The translations under genes were made by a program, and so were the position numbers. From the human T2T-CHM13v2.0 reference genome, Homo sapiens, in NCBI RefSeq assembly GCF_009914755.1, contig NC_060939.1: DNA of 64,000 nucleotides; one strand, 5' to 3'. The notes beneath the pieces are model-generated. The model was not told the origin of the DNA, ran no database searches, and saw nothing but the letters and a program-made list of their open reading frames with translations. Each line of letters starts with the position of its first letter. The stretch's first letter is position 1. Positions 13,851-27,862 of this stretch are shown here, in pieces.

Positions 13851-14500
13851 AGTGTATTCCATTCATCATAGAGGGCACATTTTCACTTTTATGAACCACA
13901 GATGCACCTTAAATTTGATAGTGTTAAAACATTATTGACGAGAAGGCGACCATAACGTGATTGTCCTCATTTACATATACATGAGCTTGGTCTATAAACC
14001 TTCCATTGACATCTTCAGGTCATATCATCAACATCATGTCTTGCGTAGGGGGTTTCAGACGGTTGGAAAGATAAACTCACAGGAGCAACATAGGAATCTC
14101 GCAAGAAGTGCCGCATCACCAAAGCGTCAGATTAGCACAGGTGATAATAATATGGGGAAAATCATGAGCAGATGAGTTGAAGAGTGATTCAGGAGAGTTA
14201 CATCTCAATGAGAGAAAATTTAGGAAAACCTTTGTCAATGTATTTTTCTTGTATGTTCCATCCCATGTAGGAATGACACAAGACAAATATCCACATGTAT
14301 GCACATTGAAAATATTTTTTCCAGTAATTGTAATGTATTTATGTTATTACTATGTGATTTATTTATAAGTGATAAAAGTACTAGTTTCTTCATTTGTTAG
14401 TGGTTTTGTTCTTCCATTCTGGTGCATGAAATAATGACATGTTACAATTGACGCAAATGATATATCTCGCAATTTATTAGAAAATTAATTTTTAGGGGTT
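13851..14500 (+). mobile_element. Tc2/Kanga-like DNA transposon remnant (paralogue at about 41948-43190, split by LTR10C)
   Basis: Terminal-like gtattccattcatcatagagggcacattttc; aagaagtgccgcatcaccaaagcgtcagattagcacaggtgat resembles the KKCCITNALDGTEDD region of Tc2 transposases. Confidence 0.55.
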
Positions 14501-15069
14501 AGTATAGGGTTGATAATATACTACAAGCTTTATATGTTACCATTTCATACAATCCACACTGACATCTCAAGAAGTAAGCATGATTTTCACGTCTGTGGTC
14601 CATTTCAGAGTCTGAGCTGACTTTCTACAGGACAGGTATAAAGGAACCTTGAGTTTGATACTGTCTGCCCCAGAGTCTTTGCTCACTTTGACTATGTAGA
14701 ATGTGTCTTCTTTTACATGGTAAATAATTTTCAGGTCTAGTTAGACAGCTCAACTTACCCTCTGTCATGAAGCTATTTTCCTAAATTGTTTTCTGAATAC
14801 ACTATTATTTTTATATTTAAGCCTATGAACCAACTAGAATTGATTTTGTGTGTATGTGAGGTCAAAGGTCAGATCTTGGTTGTTCCCTATGGATATTCAA
14901 TTTCCTGGAACACTTTAATAAAAATTGATCTTTCCCAAATGCATCAACGTATAAATTAATTTTTATATATGTATATGTCTGCATTCTAGCTCTGTTTTTA
15001 TTTTTTAAGTTACTGGTTGTTTCTTCTAACTTTGTGCAAATTCCACACTGTCTTATCATTATTATTATC

Positions 15070-15362
15070 TTTTTTTTTTTTTGATACAGAGTCACTGTGT
15101 TGCCCAGGCTGGGGTGCTATGGCACAATCCTGGCTCACTGCAACCTCCTCCTCCCAGGTTCAAGCGATTCTTGTGCCTCAGCCTCCTGAGTAATGGATTA
15201 CAGGTGTTTGCCAGCACACCCGACTAATTGTTTTGTATTTTCAGTAGAGATGGAGTTTCACCACGTTGAGTAGGCTGGTCTGGAACTCCTGACCTCAGGT
15301 GATCTGTCCGCCTCGGCCTCCCAACATACTGGGATTACAAGTGTGAGTCACTGCACCTAGCC
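15070..15362 (-). mobile_element. AluS
   Basis: Antisense dimer; TSD cacactgtcttat. Confidence 0.96.
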
Positions 15363-15429
15363 CACACTGTCTTATTATTAAGAGAGTCTAGAACAATAAT
15401 TTTTTCTCCAGAGATTGTTTTGTATTTTT

Positions 15430-15733
15430 TCTTTTTTAAGAGAGAGAGAAGATTTCATCCTGTTGTCCAGCTAGGGTATAGTGGCTCAATCCTAGAGCAG
15501 ATTCTGTGTTCGAACTACTGGGATCAAATGATGCTCCCCTCAGCCTCCTGAATAGCTAGGACTACAGGCACAAGCCACCATGCCTGGTTAATTAATTTTT
15601 GTTTGTTTGTTTTGGTAGAGACCAGGTCTTCCTGTGTTTCCCATGCTAGTGTAGAACTCTTAGCCACAAGCAATCCTCCCTGCTTTGTCTCCCAGGGTGC
15701 TAAGATTACAGGTGTAAGCCACTGTGCCTGGCC
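15430..15733 (-). mobile_element. AluJ (diverged)
   Basis: Antisense Alu ending gtaagccactgtgcctggcc. Confidence 0.92.
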
Positions 15734-15879
15734 CAGCGCCTCTTCTTTTAGCCACGGTACTTCTCTATAATGAAGTAAAAAATGTAACAACCTGCATGTC
15801 TTGCACCTACACCAATACTTTCAGCTGTACCTTGAGTAAAGCTGTAGGTTTAGAACTTCTTTTAAAAAAAAAATTTTAA

Positions 15880-16176
15880 TTGTTTTTTGAGACAGGATCT
15901 CGTTCTTACACCTGGGCTGGAGTGCAGTGGCAAGATCTTGGCTCACTGGAGCCTCGACTTCTGGGCACAAGTGATCCTCCCACCTCACTTTCCCAAGTAG
16001 CTAGGATCACAGGTGCACAACTCCATGCCCAGTTAAATTATTTTTTTTGTATTTTTTGTAGAGATGGGGTTTCACCTTGTTGCCCAGGCTGATCTCGAAT
16101 TCCCGATTTCAAGCAATCCACCCACCTCAGCCTCCTGAAGTGCTGGGATTACAGGTGTTAGCCACCGCACCCGGCT
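15880..16176 (-). mobile_element. AluJ
   Basis: Antisense dimer; TSD ggtttagaactt. Confidence 0.96.
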
Positions 16177-17384
16177 GGTTTAGAACTTAGAACATTGCTG
16201 TAGACTCTTAAATCCCTTAATATCCTTGTGAATCTTAGACAATCCCCCAACACCACTCCCCAGTTTATGTATACATACTTTCAACAACAGCCAGTAGTAG
16301 TGAAAACCTTGAGATGCACCCATAGTAACCTCCTGCACTGGTGTAGATGCCCCTGTGACAGGTTGTTTCTCCTCCAGACCATGCCCACCAAAGTCAAAGC
16401 CACATGGGAGCCTCTGAGCTCAGAGCCACTGTATGGGGTCTCCATGCACAAGGGCAGCAGCTCCCTGTCCTTTCTGTTGGTGAGGTGGGGAATTCAGTTC
16501 TTTTGAATAAGGCTGAGTTTATTCAATACTGATTCTGCTGGCTGACCAGTGATACCTTAAGACTTTATTTCTTGCATTGTAATATTTATCCTGGTTTTGA
16601 TATGATTTGTTGTGCAAATGTGTTTAACTCTTGGGTATATTTTTTTTCTTTTTTTGTTGTCATAAACATCATCTAAAACCAAATTTTTATTTTTGTGTTG
16701 TGTGTTTAAGGTCTTCAGTCCTCTGTTTTAAAAATGCATTCACAATTATTTTTCAATGAACACTTTTAATTATTTTAATCTTTTCTCATATTTCTCTCTC
16801 CTAAATTGAATGTGAATATCACTTTTATTAGAAAAGACAGACGTTACATATTCTCTGTTTTATGTTTTTGTGCAAATTTTCTCTGAAATATCTCTGGTTG
16901 AAAAGGAGAAGGACAGAAACTGTTCTGGAAACCAAAAGGCAAAATTGGCTCAGATCCTTATGCTTAAAAAAATGTGTGAAACTTTCCTGTATATGACTTA
17001 GTTTGCTGTACAAGTGGAAGGTTAACAAGGCATTGATTTGTGTAGCAGTCACGTCTGAATAGAAGGAGCAATCATTTCATAACTGTGCAGGTGTGAACTT
17101 CATGATGTTGCTTTATCTTCTCCTTATACAAATATTTAAACAATGGCTGGACTCCATAATTCCTTCCACCTCACTTCCATAAATGTCTACATGACATTTC
17201 GTTGTACAGATCACCTATTCTATTAGATATTAATTTTTCTTATTTTTGGTGAGTGATTATTAAATTTGGTTTTAGTTCTCAGACAGATAAAAAATACCAA
17301 TTAGAAAATGTGTACATTGAGTACTGTAATCAGAAAATACTTTTGTATTTTTATTATTTTTTTAATTATGTATATTTATTTGTA

Positions 17385-19345
<1,961 letters not shown>

Positions 19346-19413
19346 GATGAGCAAGACTGTTTCAACAACAACAAAAAAGCACCATTAATGTAATTATATT
19401 TTCATAAGCATAA

Positions 19414-19530
19414 GATATATATATATAGATATGTGTATATATATATATATAGATATGTGTATATATATATATATAGATATGTGTATATATATATATAGAT
19501 ATGTGTATATATATATATATATATATAATA
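19414..19530. repeat. Compound microsatellite/minisatellite [gatatgtg(ta)n] x4
   Basis: Read directly: (TA)n runs punctuated four times by gatatgtg. Confidence 0.95.
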
Positions 19531-19699
19531 CATATGAGTAAAATGAAAGTTAGGAAAGAGGGACAAAAGGAAAAATACAGGAAAAAGGAAGAAATAGGAC
19601 TATTCTTTTATAAGATGGATACACTACTTCTGAGGCTGTATACTTTTATGTGAAAGGAGCTTAGATTAGTTGTAAATATAAATTGCCACCTCTAGGGCA

Positions 19700-20006
19700 G
19701 GATACTGGACCAGGAGCCTCAGTTTTTTGCTGTCTGTGGCCAGAAGCTGCATTCAGTTATTTCCCATGTTGGCTTCTCTCCCATGGCAGAATGTGTCATC
19801 AAAGCCACCATGACAGAGAGCTTGCAGCAAGACAGGTATCATAATCTTAGGTAACATGATGATCCAAGTGACATCCTATCAGGTTGTAGTCTTCTGATGT
19901 ATCATAGCAAGTTTCAGGTTCTCCCCAAAGTCACAAGGAAAGGATTAGATATTCTAATTAAGCTGTGAGGATCATTCTGCACCATCTTGGAGTTCACCTG
20001 CCAACA
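19700..20006 (-). mobile_element. Old MLT1 (J/K/L-like) LTR fragment (paralogue at 54405-54734; end remnants at about 920-960 and 5895-5938)
   Basis: Ends ccatcttggagttcacctgccaaca, the reverse of the MLT1 start; the same L1/MLT1 junction is present in copy 4. Confidence 0.7.
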
Positions 20007-20830
20007 TCAGGTCTTGCTTAATCTGGGACAGGTTCTCAGTCCTCACTTTGTGAGAAAGCAGGTCACATATTTTGCAAAATGTATCAAAATCTTGATTTCT
20101 CTGAATGTTTCTCATAATTTTACTGAGCAATATAGATAGAGACATGTAATTATCTATTTGTGAAGACAAGAAACAGCAAACAGGACATTATTTACAAATA
20201 CAAATTTAGAGACCAAAACTAAGAAAGAAAAATTTGCGAATGGGAAAAGGAAAATTAAAAATAATAATAATGTTCACCAGGGTAACAAGAAGGGTGGGAA
20301 TGGGGAGGTGAGCACCTGGGACGCTACGAGATCAACAATGTTCTGCTTAGTAAGCTCAATAGCTTAATTTTTTAAATATATATTTATATTATTTATTTTT
20401 TAAATCTATGTTAGAATAGTTTGGATTTACAGAATAGTTAGAAGTACATACAGAGAGTTTATATATGTTTAGCACATAATTTCCCTTTCATAAATTCTTA
20501 CATTCATTTGAGACATTTGTCGCAATTGATGAACCAATATTATACATTATCATTCACCAACATTCACAATTAATCAGATGTTCTGTTTTCACCTAATGTC
20601 CATATTCTGTTCCAGGATTCCGCCCAGGACACCACATCACATTTAGGTATCGTGTGCCAGTTTCTCAGATTTTCCTTATTTCTGATATCATTGAAATCCT
20701 TTGGGATGTCTCTGGTGTTTTCCTAATGATTGGATGACTGTTGTGGATTTAGCAGAGGAAACCCACAGAGGGAAACTTTTATTCTCATGATATTATAACA
20801 AGAGTACATAGTGTCAACATGCTGTATCAG

Positions 20831-21137
20831 TTTTTTGTTTTTTTTTTTTGAGACAGGGTCTCATTCTGTTGCTCAGGCCGGAGTGCAGTGGCGTGAACAA
20901 AGCTTGCTGCAGCCTGGAATTCTTGGGCTTGAATGATCCTCCACCTCAGTCTCTTGAGTAGATGGGACTACAGGCATGTGCCACCACATCTGGGTGATTT
21001 AATTTTACTTTTACATTTGTAGAGGCAGAGTCTCACTACATTGCCCAGGCTGTTCTCTAAGTCTTGGCCCCAAGTGATCCTCTCACCTCAGGCTCCCAAA
21101 GTGCTGGGATTATAGGTGTGAGCCAGTGTGCCCAGCT
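20831..21137 (-). mobile_element. AluJ
   Basis: Antisense dimer with J-type positions. Confidence 0.95.
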
Positions 21138-21205
21138 GCTTTGCCATCGTTAATGTTATTTGATCACATGGATGAGGCAGTTTAGCTCAGTTTTGTCCAC
21201 TATAA

Positions 21206-22413
21206 TATCGGGCGAAATTCACCCCCAATATTTCACATAGGTTCTTTTCTATTTTCCCTAAGTGTCAGCTGGTCTGAGAAATAAAGGGACAGAGTACAAA
21301 AGAGAGAAATTTTAAAGCTGGGTGTCTGGGGGAGACGTCACATGTCAGCAGGTTCCATGATGCCCCCTGAGCCATAAAACCAGCAAATTTTTATTAGTGA
21401 TTTTCAAAAGGGGAGGGAGTGTACGAATAGGGTGTGAGTCACAGAGATCATATGCTTCACAAGGTAATAAGATATCACAAGGTAAATGGAGGCAGGGCGA
21501 GATCACAGGACCACAGGACTGGGGCGAAATTAAAATTGCTAACGAAGTTTTGGACACGCATTGTCATTGATAACATCTTATCAGGAAACAGGGTTTGAGA
21601 GCAGACAACTGGTCTGACCAAAATTTATTAGGCGGGAATTTCCTTGTCCTAATAAGTCTGGGAGCACTATGGGAGACCAGAGCTTATTTCATCCCACAGC
21701 CACGACTGTAAAAGACAGCGGCAACCGTAAAAGACAGCTGCCCTCAAAGCGGCCATTTTAGAGGCCTCCCCTCAGGGACGCATTCTCTCTCTCAGGGATG
21801 TTCCTTGCTGAGAAAAAGAATTCAGCGATATTTCTCCTATTGGCTTTTGAAAGAAGAGAAACATGGCTCTGATCCACCTGGCTCACCGGCAGTCAGAGTT
21901 TAAGCTTATCTCTCTTGTTCCATGAATATTACTGTTATCCTGTTGTTTTTTCAAGGTGCCCAGGTTTCATATTGTTCAAACACACATGCTCTATAAACAA
22001 TTTGTGTAGTTGACGCAATCATCACAGGGTCCTGATGTGACATACATCCTCCTCAGCTTACAAAGATGACGGGATTAAGAGATTAAAGTAAAGACAGGCA
22101 TTCACAAGGGTATTGACTGGGGAAGTGATAAATGTCCATGAAATCTTCACAACTTATGTTCAGAGATTGCAGTAAAGACAGGCACAAGAAATTATAAAAG
22201 TCTTAATTTGGGGAACTAATATATGTCCATGAAAACTGCAAAATTTATGTTCTTCTGCCGTGGCTTCAGAGATTGCAGTAAAGACAGGCACGAGAAATTA
22301 TAAAAGTCTTAATTTGGGGAACTAATATATGTCCATGAAATCTTCACAATTTATGTTCTTCTGCCATGGCTTCAGCTGGTCCCTCCGTTTGGGGTCGCTG
22401 ACTTCCTGCAACA
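21206..22413 (-). mobile_element. MER11 solo LTR (HERV-K11/HML-8)
   Basis: Reverse strand starts tgttgcaggaagtcagcgacccc..gaagccatggcagaagaacataaattgtgaagatttcatggac and ends gaatttcgcccgata. Confidence 0.93.
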
Positions 22414-22559
22414 ATAAAATTAATATTATTCCCCTTTTCATGTTGTTCCTTTTGGAAAAAACATCAATATGCAGAGCACATATATAAAAAGTGGGGAATT
22501 ATGCCCCATTACCCTATGGACAGACCTTCTATAAATGTCATTTGTGTTTCTGTAAAAAA

Positions 22560-23722
22560 TATTTAACATTCTTTGGGCTGTTCTAGATCAATTGCATTTT
22601 TCTGTGTGTTCTAGAATCAGTGGTCCAAGAATTGCTAAAAATGAAAAAAATTAAAGTTAGAATTTTAGTAGGGCTTGTATTGAATCTGAAGATGCATTTA
22701 GAAAGTATAATCATGTTGGTTAATACTTAATAGCTTTCTGATCAATGAAAATCTAGTTCATATAGTATATTATGCTAACTCTTTTAGGCATTTATTTAGG
22801 ATTTCTTTAATACTTCAATATCATTTGTAATTTTTAGTATATATATATTGCAGTTATATTAGGTTTATTTTCAAATATATTTCCTTTTTGATGCCGTGTT
22901 AAATGAAATTGTTTTCTGTTTTGTTATTTGATTAGTTTCTATTGTATAAGAATGCAATTTATTACATTGATCATGACTGAATTTTTTTTTGTTCCAACCT
23001 TATTTTAGTGGATTTTTTAGGATTTTCTATACATTAGATTATGTCACTGGCCAATAGATGTTTGACTTCTTCCCTTTCAATTTGGAAGTCTTATATTTAT
23101 TTTTCCAGCCTACTTTTATAAATTACATCCTCAAGAATATTTAGTTGAATTAGTGGGAATAGATAACCTTTTGTGTTTGTAATTTTGGGAAAATTACTGA
23201 GACCTACTTGATACCATGTGTTGTCATGTGAATTTTTCATGGGTGTCTGTGTTAGGTAAGAACATTCCCTTTCTGCAAAATTTGTTTAGTGTTTTTACTG
23301 TGAGTGGGTTTTTGAATTGGAAAGTGCTTATTCCATATCTTTAGATGTCATAATGAAAATTTTGTTATTTATTATATTAATATAGTTATTACACTAATTC
23401 TTCTTCTGTGTTTTACCAAACTTGTGACCCTGAGTAAATAAATAAATAAATTAGTGTTTAATTCTGTTTTACAATCCTGGTTTGTGTTCAGACTATTTCC
23501 TTGAGAATTATTGCCTGGGTACCCATAAAGCATATTAGTTTATAGTTTTCCTTGTTTGGACTGCGTTTGTTTGGTTGTGGCCTCAGAGGAAACTGCCTCA
23601 TAGAATGTATTGCACACTGATCTCTTCTCTATTATTTTATTTTTTTGGAGAACAGTTAGTAAAAAATTGCTGTTGATATTTTAAAGGTTTCAAATAATTC
23701 ATCAGTGAATTCTCCTCAACCT
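22560..23722 (-). mobile_element. Old L1M ORF2 fragments (unit-shared)
   Basis: Paralogous to 10520-11620 and 61570-62600. Confidence 0.75.
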
Positions 23723-23724
23723 GG

Positions 23725-23900
23725 TCAATCATGTGAACTTAGAAGATGATTCCTCCCCAGCTGATCCTCAGGTGAGACCTCAGCCTTGGCCATCATCTAT
23801 ATCTGGATTCCTGACCCAGAGAAACTGTGAGTAATTTGTATGTGCTTTTGAGCCACTAAGCTACATGGTAATTGGCTATGCTGCAATAAACAATAATACA
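23725..23900 (+). mobile_element. MLT1E/F-type LTR 3' fragment, copy 3 (candidate exon 23761-23826)
   Basis: gattcctccccagctgatcctcaggtgagacctcagcc..ggattcctgacccagagaaactgtgagtaa..caataataca. Confidence 0.85.
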
Positions 23901-24514
23901 CTTGATGGTAAACATAATATGTTATCCTTGATTAGATCCAAGAAAAGGAAAAATGGCATTAGTGAAAAACCTGGTAAAATATAAAGACAGTCAGTACTTT
24001 AGTTAATAGTTTTGTGCCTTTATCAGTTTCTGAGTTTTCATAGATAGTCTATGGTTATGTGTATGATATTAATATAACAGGAAATTGAAAGCTATATACA
24101 ACTTTATGTAAGATTTTAACAACTCTCTGTTAATCTAAAATTATTTCAAAATAAATAGAAGTGTAGACATGGCTCATATATTTGAGATCAGGTCTCCCTG
24201 TTAACTTAATTGAGCCTTCATGGAACTAAATCTCATGGTACAAATGCAGTAAGGTTATAAAATATAAATCAGATGAGTTTCTATTTTACTCTCTTCTTCA
24301 GGGAACACTAAGGCCCATTCTTCCTCTCAAGTATCCAGAAATAAAGTTGCTCCAAGTAACAAGTGGACAGCATAAAAGATTGTATGGAAACTATAATGCA
24401 TCTACATCTGCAGTAACTAATCATAAAATGATTTGTATGATCATTCTTCACATGATTAGAATTACTATGGGAAAGAAGAAAAAGAAATGCAACTTTCTTG
24501 ATTTAAAATTTTAT

Positions 24515-24697
24515 CTGTGCAAGTGTGGTGGCACACACCTGTAGTCAGTCCCAACTGCTAGGGAGGGTGGGTAGGATGATCATGTGATACCAGGAGTTTG
24601 AGGCTATGTAGTGTACTATGATTGTGTTAGTGAATAACCAGTGCATTCCAGTCTGGGCAATGTAGTTAAACCCCATTAAATAAATAAATAAATAAGT
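24515..24697 (+). mobile_element. FAM-type Alu monomer
   Basis: Monomer with gaggctatgtagtgtactatgat..gtgaataaccagtgcattccag and a (taaa)n tail. Confidence 0.8.
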
Positions 24698-24753
24698 TAC
24701 AGAGGTCGTTGTTTATATTTCTATGACTAGGGCTGAAATCCTCTAGATAGAGA

Positions 24754-25052
24754 TTTTTTTTTTTTTTTTGAGATAGAGTGTCGCTCTGTCACCCAGGCTG
24801 GAGTGCAGTGGCGTGTCCTCAGCTCACTGCAAGCTCTGCCTCCCAGAGTCATGCCATTCTCCTGCCTCAGCCACCCCTGCAGGTGGGACTACAGGTGCCT
24901 GCCACCACACCCAGCTAATTTTTTTTTCTTTTTAGTAGAGACAGGGTTTCACGGTGTTAGCCAGGATGGTCCCAATCTCCTGACCTCATGATCCGCTCAC
25001 GTCTGCCTCCTAAAGTGCTGGGATTACAGGTGTAAGCCACCACGCCCAACCT
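24754..25052 (-). mobile_element. AluY-like
   Basis: Diagnostic positions caagctc, gccattctcc and acggtgttagccaggatgg. Confidence 0.95.
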
Positions 25053-25217
25053 GAGATATTTCTTTATCTTTGGGGAGCCACCACTCCAGTGCAAACTTTC
25101 AAATAATGCCTTGCCATTTTTAGTTTCCCTCCCTAGGATTCCTGGAACCATAGTTCATAAAATTATCTCACAGCATGTGTTTTATTTTTACTTCTGTTTG
25201 CTTTAAGTCCTCTCTGG

Positions 25218-25697
25218 ATGGTGGCTATAACCTATAGCCTTGCCCACTACGACTCAGGGTTTGGTACTGGCTGTGCCTTTCATGGGATGCTTTCTTATCC
25301 TGGTCGATGGCCTAAAGCCCAACTGTCCAGCTTACATCCAGGTATCCTTCTCACAGAGTACTTGTTTATACTGTAAGACACCCTGTGGCTCCTGTCTGAC
25401 CTGTGTCTAGTTTATTCTACCAAGGAAACCGCTCTCTAGGAGAGTGCTAAGTGGGAGAAAAGTGATGTCCATGTGTGTTCGTAAAGTGAAATACAGAGGT
25501 GGCAACTCAGCAAAATGTGTATAATGACATGCGTAATGTATTACTAACCAATCCCAGTAAGAAGAGGGCAGCATTCCTTGAAGTGCTGATGGACAGAGAA
25601 GAGCTCTCCAGGACATACACTCATAAGCAGCAGGGGTGGTGCAGGAGCAACTAGAGAAAGACATAGTATTGCACCATTTGGCTGAAGTCTTTATGGG
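25218..25697. mobile_element. Old ERVL-type LTR (MER54/73/74-like), left part; probably resumes at about 41398-41685 after the HERV-L
   Basis: Homologous to 5570-5886; interrupted where the MLT2 LTR begins. Confidence 0.55.
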
Positions 25698-26314
25698 TGT
25701 ATTTGTCAGTTATTTTTTTTCAGAGAGACAGAACTACAGGGAGGTAGTTTTTTAGGTAGATAGATACATAGATGGACAGTTGATAGATAGATAGACAATA
25801 GTTATATGAACAGCATTTTGTTTGGGGATTTACTCATGTAACATTATAGAGACGGAGAATTCCCAAGACAGCCATCTGCGAGTTTAAGGACCTTGGATGC
25901 TGTAACGTGGTGGCTCATTCCAAAGCTGAAGTCTTCAGAATCACAGAAGCTCTTGGTGTAATTCTTAGTTTGGGACCAATGGCCTGAGAATCCAGGGCAT
26001 TTACTGGTATAAATTCTGGAGTTTGAAGGCCATAGATCATGGAGTTCTGTTTTCCAAGGGCAGGAAAAGGAATATACTTTCTCCAGGAGAGAGACAGGAA
26101 GACTTTTTTAAAATTTTTCATTTTTGGTTTTGTTTAGTCCCCAAGGAGATTGTATGCTGCCTTCCCCCATTGAGGGTGGATTTTTCCCACTAAATTCCCT
26201 GACTCATACATCAGTCTCCTCTGGAAACTTCCTGGCAGACACACCCAGAAGTAATGGTTTACCAATTCTCTAGGTATTCTGTAATCCAGTCAGCACCTTA
26301 AATTAACCATGACA
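25698..26314 (-). mobile_element. MLT2 LTR (3' LTR of the HERV-L)
   Basis: cagagagacagaac, (taga)n, gacacacccagaagtaat..aattaaccatgaca. Confidence 0.88.
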
Positions 26315-26739
26315 AGTCCAACACCTTTCTAGTTGGCACCTATATGTGTCACCTTAAGCCATAACTAATCTTCAGATACAGTCAATAACAAGGCAATAGT
26401 TCTACGTAACATGATTCAATGATCCTGTGTGCAACCAGAACACACTATACTATTTTTCTTAAGAGTGGTAGAAGTTTGTGGGTGATGTTTACTCTTCTCC
26501 TGATACCCCATAACTTCAGTACAAATGTTAAATTACTAACACTTAACTGCTAATATCAAGGTAATACATTATTGTGTTATGTGACAAAAGAAGAAGAGAG
26601 AAATAAAAACAATGTTATTTGCCTAATATATTTATATATAACACGCAAATGTATTCTTAACAAAGTAGATAGGAAATAATAGTGACAATTTTAATCCTTG
26701 TTTCTGTAACTGGTCACCTGGTCCTGTCTGGTTATGTAT

Positions 26740-27053
26740 GTATTTATTTATTTACTTTTTTATTTTTATTTTTGAGACAGAGTCTCGCTCTGTCACCCAG
26801 GCTGGAGTGCAGTGGCATGATCTTGGCTCACTGCAAGCTCCGCCTCCCAGGTTCACACATTCTCCTGCCTCAGCCTCCCAAGTAGCTGCGACTACAGGCG
26901 CCCGCCACCACGCCCGGCTTATTTTTTGTATTTTTAATAGAGATGGGGTTTCACCGTGTTAGCCAGTATAGTCTTGATCTCCTGATCTGGTGATCTGCCT
27001 GCCTTGGCCTCCCAAAGTGCTGGGATTACAGGCTTGAGGCACCACGCCTGGCC
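26740..27053 (-). mobile_element. AluY
   Basis: caagctccgcctccc, accgtgttagccag; TSD cctgtctggt. Confidence 0.96.
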
Positions 27054-27862
27054 CTGTCTGGTATTTGTAACTCCCTTCTACTGCTACACATTCTGTATTC
27101 TCTTTGTCTTCAGCAAGCCCCTCTGCTGGTCCTGGGTCTTTACCTGGCAGGATAATGCAAACCTTCATTCCTGAAAGATCTGGAGCATTTGTATTCTTGT
27201 CTGGAATGGTTGTAATAATCCATTGAACTTAATAACGGGGCATAGTAATGTGAAGACTTTTTTTAGTCCATTTTCTGTTACTTACAACAGAATACCTGAA
27301 ACTGAGTAGTTGATAAAGAAAACACATGTATTTCTTACAGTTATGGAGGCTGAAAAGTCTAAGGTTGAGAGGTTGTATGTGGTGAGATCATGTTGCTGGT
27401 TGGGACTCTGTGAAGAGTTCTGAAGCCTACAGGGTATCGTATGGCAATGGAGTAGAGCTTGCTGACATGCAAGATCATGTCTCCCTTCCTATAAGTCACT
27501 CTTCTCTCATAATAGGCTATTAATTTTTATATATTAATTTATTAATCCATGAAAGGATTAATTCATTTATGGGGTCAAACTCTTCATGATCCAATCACCT
27601 TTTAAAGGTCTCACAATTCAATACTGCCATGTTAGGGATGAAATTTCAGCATAAATTTGGGAGGGAAGCAGTATTCCAACCACAGGGCTCCACTTCTGAC
27701 TCTAAAAATCACGCCCTGTCACTTAAAAAAGTTTATTTCATTCCTATCGTTCAAAGGCTTAAATTGTTCCAGCACCAACAGAAAGTTCCCAAATCTAAAG
27801 TCTCCTCTGTCAGCCCATGAAATCAAAACAAGTTATCTTCATACAAAATTCAGCAGTTGGGT

